Positions 56,112 to 64,000 of a stretch of 64,000 nt of DNA are shown here, piece after piece. Origin of the DNA: Chrysomallon squamiferum (lineage: Eukaryota > Animalia > Mollusca); contig CM022672.1 of assembly GCA_012295275.1 (NCBI GenBank), positions 2,356,001-2,420,000 of the forward strand, given 5' to 3'. A program made the position numbers and the translations under genes. The stretch's first letter is position 1. Each line of letters begins with the position of its first letter. The notes beneath the pieces were generated by a model that saw only the letters and a list, made by a program, of their open reading frames with translations, made no database searches and was not told where the DNA came from.

Positions 56112-57718
56112 CATCATAATGAAGATTATGATGATAATAATATAATAAATAAAATGTTTAAAAATACAAATAAATTTTAAAAATTATCATTATTTGCATT
56201 TTTTTAACTTTTCAAATTAGTAAGTTCGTTTATTTTTACATTTTCGCTTCATTTCATTATTTTTAAAATCATTTTAAATAAAACAAGATAGAAAAGGACG
56301 TGCAAAGCATACAACTGGCAAGCTACTGGAATATTATTAATAAAGAACCTTTTACGGGTGGTCTATGCCCTTAGCCCAAAGCTACAGTAAACATTACACA
56401 AACGATTTTGCCTCGTCAAATATCAAGTACACATGATAAGAACATAGGACACTAACAAAAATATCCTTTCATCAGCTGATATTTTCATTTACCCATTGAC
56501 CTGATGCGTTGGGGGAAGAAAGAATTTGTGTGTACAAATATATACAAAATGCTGTCATGAGCGATGCAGTATATACAAACCGTAGCCAAACGAAAGATGG
56601 CCTGCTATTTTTGAGAATATAAGGACGAAAAAATCTTCATCAAAAACTGTAATAAAAATATATACGAGGCTGTAATATTATAATGGGAAGGCAATAAATT
56701 GGCATACGGTCTCAAGCCACATATTGAAAATAGTGATGAGTGCTATGATCCACCTGGTTGCGGCTAAACATCGGAACATATTCGAAATAAGTTACTTTCA
56801 TCTGGGTTTGATATTTTATGGGTCCTGGGAGGAACAAATTAGTATTTTTACGAGTTTGGTGACAAAAATTGTTTCATATTGTTCCCAGGGAGTGTCCGGA
56901 GTTATTTTAATGCCCTGTTCGAATTTAATCGCTTATCTTGGAGTTTGGGATGACATTAAACGTATCATCTGTTCTCGTAATTATATTGTGCAAGTGAAAA
57001 AGTCCAGCTTATAATGCGGGAATCTCCAGCAGTCAACAATAAACCAGGAGTCACTATTACTTCAGCCGAGACGGTATTATATTTCATTCACTGCGAACAT
57101 CCAACCTTGGGCAATAAAATGTTCGTTCTGTCGCTTCATTACGTATTGGAGTGTACAGCAGGAAAACACCCTGGTAGATATGAAGACAGTCTTTTGTGTG
57201 GTTTATTACCAGTCATGTCCCGCTCCTGCCTTCGTATGGGAGATTGTCATATTTCAAATACCTTGCTAACGTATGTTGTTTGGGCAATCAAAACGTCTCA
57301 CAGCGTTCATCCAGCTAATAAGTAAATTTGCGTCCCATGCGCCGCAGCCAGAGAAGAAAAGGGGGTTGGGTTTGTATGACAAGAATCGTTGGTAAATAGC
57401 TTTATCTGCACCAGTCTTTAAACGAGTACATGTCATTTTAAGTACTGTGTTTTCATGTGGAGGTAGAACTGATAATTTCATGAATTTCTCATGTAGAGAG
57501 GTGCAGGTATCATCTACCGTCGTATCTCAAGCATATGAAAACACTGATTAATATTAGTACACTAACACACTCTCACACACACAAACACACACACAAACAC
57601 ACACACATACACACACACATAATACCAAACATCTCTACTCACAAAAAACACTTTTAACGAACAATAATTTGGGTGAAAGTTTTTCATAATTATTTCATAT
57701 TTAATTAAGATAGTGGTA

Positions 57719-57845
57719 TTGAATTTCTTCCTGCAGAACTATTCAGTAGCAAAAGTAGCAGTACTTTAATGATAGCAGTAGCAGTACACTACCATTAAAG
57801 TACTTCTACTTTTGCTACTGAATAGTTCTGCAGGAAGAAATTCAA
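57719..57845. repeat. Near-perfect inverted repeat (57-bp arms, 13-nt loop)
   Basis: 57719-57775 is the reverse complement of 57789-57845 with 2 mismatches. Confidence 0.95.
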
Positions 57846-58384
57846 GTAGAAGTAGTAGTAGCAGTAGTAAGTATTGGTATTATTAGTAGTAGAATAATAA
57901 CAACAACAACAACAACAACAACAAGAACAGTAAGAAGAAGATGAAAAAGAAGAAGAAGAAGAAGAACTGAAGGAGGCAGCTCACTGTGGTGAAATGTCTT
58001 TCATCAATCTCAGTGTGGTTACATAATGATAATCGCGAAGACGGCCGGGTCGCCTTTAACAAAACTGGCTCCCGCCGTATATGTTTGTTAATGCAGTGCC
58101 TAATCCTTGTGAAAATATCGCGACGGACACCATGATGTGAGAAATTGCAGAGTTACCTTTACATGACACACCGCGCTTACACAACAAACAAAGATTGCTA
58201 CTGCGCCAAATTCTTTTCTTTGACCTTGCCGCCGGCTGCAGTTATGTGTGTCATTTGACTGTCTGCATGAGCTGAAGACGTAACCTTTTCAAAGTTACAA
58301 GATGCACGCATTCGTGTCTACGAATTTAACAAATCTAGGGATATGTACGTGTAAGCGAACGCAGAGTGATTATTTATACTACTC

Positions 58385-58745
58385 AACATACATAGATACA
58401 TATGTATGTACATACACACACCCATACATACACACATGCACATAAATACACATACATGCATACATACATTCATACATGCAAGCATTCATACAGTCTTTCA
58501 GACGTATGTATACATCCGTGTGTCTGTGTGTGTATGTATATGTATATATACATATAGACACACATACACACATACAATATATATACACATACACACATAT
58601 ACACATAGACATGCGCAGATATTTATACATACACATACATCTATATGCATGCATACATACATACATACATACATACATACATACAGGCACACATACATAC
58701 AGGCACACATACATACATTCATAAGCACGTACATACATAGCATGT
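58385..58745. repeat. Degenerate (TACA/CA)n tract
   Basis: Seen directly. Confidence 0.9.
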
Positions 58746-59555
58746 ATATTTTTAAATAAAACACAGACACATATCATCTTTTATTTACAATCTTATTAAT
58801 TGTAGTGCATTCTGAAATATATCTGTGCTGTTATCCTCAGCTTCATACACATGTCACGTATATCTTTCATCGTGATTCGTAATAAACAAATATATCTGTT
58901 ATCTTTATCAAAAGTTTATCAGGGAAAAATCGTGCACATATTTAGCATAACAAAGTCAACAGTTGACCGCATAATTAAATCACATGCTTGGTTAAGTTGA
59001 TTAAAACTAACTGACAGCGAATATGGCGAATCGTACGTCCCGATCCATAACAAATTGAAACCGTATCTGTGATTGGCCGAAGCGTGCGGACCAAAAGCCA
59101 ATCATGACATTTCTTGCTTTTCTGCCATTTTCTTCTGTAGAAGGCGAATTAATAGTCAGCAATGAATAGGTGAAAGAAAAGACAGAAATGTGTAATTTTT
59201 TTTTAAGGTGTGTTGTTATTTTTTTTTTCAAAGTATGTGACCCCCTTCCGTTTGGATCATGCCGTGGCATGAACGGTGGGGCTGATGAACCCGATATACA
59301 CGTCGTGATGACACTGAGGTAAACGGGTACACGTTAGTGCTTACATCTGAAACAAAAGACCAATCATCGACAAGTCTTCAATTAAAAGACGTACTGAGAA
59401 TCAGTAATAGCTGGTGATCACAATATAGGTGAACTTAGCAAAAACGACCGAGATCATATTTATTTATTGTCAATATTTTTTTTTCTTAAATTATTCCTTT
59501 TTTATAATACTTAATGTCACTAAAGAAAGATGATTGTATTAACATATAAAGTAAA

Positions 59556-59590
<35 letters not shown>

Positions 59591-60972
59591 ATAATAATAA
59601 TAATAATATAAATGATTATACAATAATATAATAAAGAAGTAAATAAAATTAATAAAAAGAAAAATTAATACTTTCAGCCCGAGTGTCTTTCCAAATGTCT
59701 TTCAGAATAACGCACGGATGTCGTAATTCATAATTACGTGAACTGTCACTAAATCAAAGCAGACTTTTTCTCATATTTTTTAATTATTATTTTGATTTGA
59801 AAAAGCACTTATAATAATGGATATAAAAAAAAACACTTTCAAAAATAAGTGTATTCCAAAAGTGGGAAATGTTTTTACTAATAACAGATGAAACAACATA
59901 TGATATTCTTTATCTTTTTTAAAATTATAATTATATTTTGAAGTATCATTAAGACAGTGCATAACACAACAAATACAAATCTCATGACTCATGTTAGGAA
60001 ACCATTATCCTTAAAAATATAAACGAAGCGTTAATTTTTTTTTAAATTCTAAATTGCCTGTTTTGAATATTATAAAACGCAAGACTCTAACTCAAATAAT
60101 TATTGAAGAAAAATATCACTGGATGAATGTGTCATTTCCTGTTTTCCCCTAGGAGTGTTTTTAAAGAAAGAAAACCTGTTTTTAATAATTCAGTAAACGA
60201 GCACAAGGTTAAAAATGAAACATTCATTTCGTCTTGATTTTAATATGTTACTGATTAACAAAAGAGAATATCCATATTTATATATTCATGCTAACGTATG
60301 TTTATGTGAGTGAGTGTATAATATGAATGTGAATCAATGTAGCAGCCAGCCAGACAGGCAAACAGTCACTTATCATTTCTTCTGTTTTTATTTATTTTTT
60401 ATTTTTTGAGTCTTAACATAACAAAAAGAGAAATCATTATGCTTTAACTAACTGTTGAATATTTTATTAAAACGAAGTAACAGGTGTTAAATTACTGATT
60501 CATATACTACACACAATAACAAACTGAAAATGATATGAAAAATTATACAGAGATAACTTTTACATTTCAGAAGTTCATCGCACCATGTTTTAACTCGTAA
60601 AAAAAAAACACTAATGTAAATAGCCCAGCATCTGCATTAAGAGAAATTCGCTGGATTATGCGCTTGGATCACCTAAAGGGGCAAAACAGCATTTTCGACA
60701 AAAACAACTTTTCAACTGGAGAATACATGTTATTTTTTCCGTTTTACAACAACAGATAATGTTATTGGCGTTGCTCTCACCGGCAAATTATCTCGCTAAG
60801 TATCAAGTGTCGTTACACTCAAGTAAGAGATAATCTGCAGCAAGACCGGATTACATGGCCAAAACACGCGCGGAATGCTATATCTGCCCTGACATTTAAA
60901 ACGAAGTCATCTAAGAACATCTTTGCCCAGGTATTGCATATTTCATCTCGTAAGCATGTTGCTTTAACCAGC

Positions 60973-61110
60973 TTCCAAGTAAATCGTTGCAAGGGTACGG
61001 TCCGTGAACCTGCGATATCGAATGTCTAGGATTTTGACAAATTCCAAGTAGAACCGTGTAACAGTAGTGAGTGTGAATGCGTAATATCGAATGTCTAGGA
61101 TTTTGACAAA
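60973..61110. repeat. 69-bp tandem duplication
   Basis: TTCCAAGTA at 60973 and 61042; ATATCGAATGTCTAGGATTTTGACAAA at 61015 and 61084. Confidence 0.9.
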
Positions 61111-61630
61111 CAATGAATCTTATTAACCTTATATCCAACCGGATATCGGATATTTTAAAAAAAATGTGTTTTAGTTTAACGTAAAGGTCTACATGTCCGG
61201 GTATCAGGTTAAGACTTCACTTCCTAGGTTTTGGTCTGGTTATTTAAGGTAAAACGTTTTAAATGAAGTATGAGGCAGTAAACAAGATTTTATAACGATA
61301 CCTTATACGTTCCTCATACTAGTATCGTATCAGTGATGATTGGCTGTCTTTTAAAATATTCAGTAATGTTAAAAGATCCATTACAATGGAGCATATATCC
61401 ATTTAAATATTGGATATTTTAAAACTATATGTAACTATGGCTTGTGACGTCTAAACATGTTAATAAAAAATGAAATAGGTTTTAAATCACATCCCTTCTT
61501 TTCATACATTTTCCTTAAGGTTAAAACTTGCCTATAAATAATTTAATGAACTCACGTAACATTTATTCACATATTAAATAACTGATGTGGTGTTTAATTT
61601 AAGCAGAGTTTGTATATATGTATAGTATAT

Positions 61631-61666
<36 letters not shown>

Positions 61667-61731
61667 ATATAGAGATAGATATAGATATATGTAGTCACAT
61701 AAACATTAATACAATATGCGTGTGTAATAAT

Positions 61732-61762
<31 letters not shown>

Positions 61763-62509
61763 TTAAAATCACATCCTAAACAAAAATCTAAAAATAGGTG
61801 TCATCAATCTCTTCCTTAACTCGAATACTTGCTTCAGCTTCTACAAAAGGAAGATGTACACCATCCGGATTGTTTCTCACAACGAAATAAAAACTTGACA
61901 TTTGAATACGGAAGACTGTATAGGTTAGCAATACACGGGATTAAATTTTCAGATATATTTTCGTCACAATCAAACTGCATGTTTTGTGGGTTTTTTTGTT
62001 TGTTTTTTTCTGTCTTCTTCTTTTCGTTGCTTTTTCTAATCAGTATGAAATGAGAGTTAGCATGGTCGTGATACAGGTAAAGGATGTAGATTACTTCTTG
62101 CATAATTTATTTTTCCAAGTCGAAAATCAATTTCACTCATGAATTTAAAAAAATATATATAAGTGTTTGGTTAATTAAAGTGTATGGCTTGGAAAAGGAG
62201 GACAGCACACGGGGAAATGTTCAGAAACTGCTGAATTTTATTACAGACTTTAAATTTTAAAATTATAAGCTACTAATGAACTGCTTAGAAGATTTCTTTA
62301 CCAACATTTTTATCACAAAATCGCTATACCTTTATTTTAAAAATAAATATAAAAAAAAAAATATATAAAAAAAAAAAAAAAAACCTTTACAATATCCAAA
62401 TCTCATTCTTTAATTTGATTTCTTCTTCCACTTTATTTTTCCTTCTATGTCATTGGAAATATTTTCTTAATTTCTTTCTGTTTTCATTCCGTTCCTCTAT
62501 GGCTCCGCC

Positions 62510-62542
62510 TGCCTGTCTCCCTTTCTCTCTATCTGTCATCTA

Positions 62543-62577
<35 letters not shown>

Positions 62578-62674
62578 GTCTCCCTTTCTCTCTATCTGTC
62601 ATCTATCTGTCTGTCTGTAAGCACTTATTTAGGTATGTACTTGTATATGTATAATTATCAATCTCTGTGTCTGC

Positions 62675-62761
<87 letters not shown>

Positions 62762-62763
62762 GA

Positions 62764-62798
<35 letters not shown>

Positions 62799-63040
62799 AT
62801 ATATATATATAATCTATATATCCATTATCTAATGTCTATTCATCTATCTATCTGTCTATCATCTATCTAGCTATCTATTTATCTGTTTTTCTCTCTATTT
62901 ATCTATTATCTATCTATCGGTCTATCTCTCTATTTATTTATCCGTTATCTATCTATCTAACTCTCTGTCTATTTATCTGTCTATCTGTCTGTCTATCTAT
63001 CTATTTACCTACCTACCTACACAATATATATCTATCAATC
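62510..63040. repeat. Compound (CTAT/CTGT)n tract with an internal duplication of about 40 bp
   Basis: Seen directly. Confidence 0.92.
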
Positions 63041-64000
63041 AATAATGTGTTTCTGTATGTCTGATTGTCCATACCCCCATCTTCTTTATGCATATGTATA
63101 TAGATATATATATATTTGAAGGTACAAACAGTATAGTATATCTTTAAATATATCAGAGGAGGTCAAAATATTTACTGATCTAGCTGATAAGGTGATTAAA
63201 AAAACATTAGTTTGCTCTGTTGCGTGCCTACATATTTACAGATAATTTAATATGTCTCCTTCGTAGCCTAGCTTAGACACCTAATTACAAGTTTATTAAC
63301 AGTTAAACACATTGATCGGCTGTAAGTTCATTTTTCTTCGCTTGCATCGAAGATAATGATTATCAGTAAATTGCTGTTACTGATCTTGTTTTATCTTTTC
63401 TTTCTTTCTGTCCTTCTTTCTTTTTTTGGAGGTTTATTTTTATTTTATTTATTTTTTGTTTTGTTTCCTTTGTTTTGGGATGGGGGTTGGACGCAGAGAA
63501 AATGTTAGTATATTAGAAAATTAGATAAAACATCAGTTAGTGTATAATGGTAGCATAAGAAGATGAGTGCAGAAGCGGGTAAATAGTTTTGATCTCAGAA
63601 GCTATTGTTCTTCATGACGGGGGGGGGGCTTAACCCCACGGTTATGTGATTAGTGCATCTAAGCCAAGTCCCGTCTGCATCTTTGACGGAAACGCTAACG
63701 TTGAATTACGTCCCTTCCCTACTTCGTCACAGTTTTAAAGTGCCGTTTTAAAGCTTTGTCAAGTGTTGTAAAAGTGCCGCAAAGTGTTCTTTAATTATGG
63801 TTATCTCGAATTCTAATTGCTTGAAGTCTGTGGTACAAGTGTTTGATCGTGCTGTTTTCTGCAGTAATGGTAATAATTGCTGGTTTCTTTAACACCGAAG
63901 TCGTAGAAAATGCCAGCCCACCCACAATATTACGAAACCAACACCTTTTCGACTTTACCGTAATTACTATTAAAGGGAGCGGACGACAGAAGCAGGTACG

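Noticed and set aside
56724-57325. Two abutting ORFs (96 and 103 aa) that look operon-like
   Set aside because: No recognisable homology, no splice support, and operon logic does not apply here.
60973-61110. Mini CRISPR array (36-nt repeat, 33-nt spacers)
   Set aside because: There is only one full repeat, the two spacers resemble each other, the context is eukaryotic and no cas genes are present.

Overview
This is AT-rich, microsatellite-dense animal DNA, not prokaryotic DNA. Decayed SINE fragments suggest a mollusc, possibly a gastropod, but that is tentative and from memory. The supplied ORF track is almost entirely simple-repeat or unspliced artefact. Reading splice signals by hand gives one complete + strand gene with five coding exons: 9926-9966, 23757-23817, 31791-31980, 35240-35346 and 39202-39474. 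All introns are GT-AG with phases 2,0,1,0, and the 672 nt encode a 223-aa secreted FGF8/17/18-subfamily growth factor: MRKGGLQLDSSRCRLLTLLLILLLGFLGANVASA|KSFNFIGTNGTLIIPPGGLSYQRRLRIFSPCNSGYVREYLKQRRGGRKKRLRVDAKGEFRDKGVIFTFESHVSGGSKIYIRTERKKYVCFNRRGKLIVKHNRKEDCLFREIYVSSTHRRLQFVRNEEWYIGFSKSGRCLKGYATKFPRFRRCSNLQIIGIERKYKNKRKPFSPLDMLPEKTLRLSLRNK. I see no other protein-coding gene. I found no clearly new multi-gene system. The best leads are a polybasic NLS/furin-like insertion and extra cysteines in the FGF core, a uORF chain whose stop overlaps the start codon, a tandem hairpin array in the 3' UTR, a dense CRE/CCAAT/TATA cluster downstream, and a near-perfect 57-bp inverted repeat.
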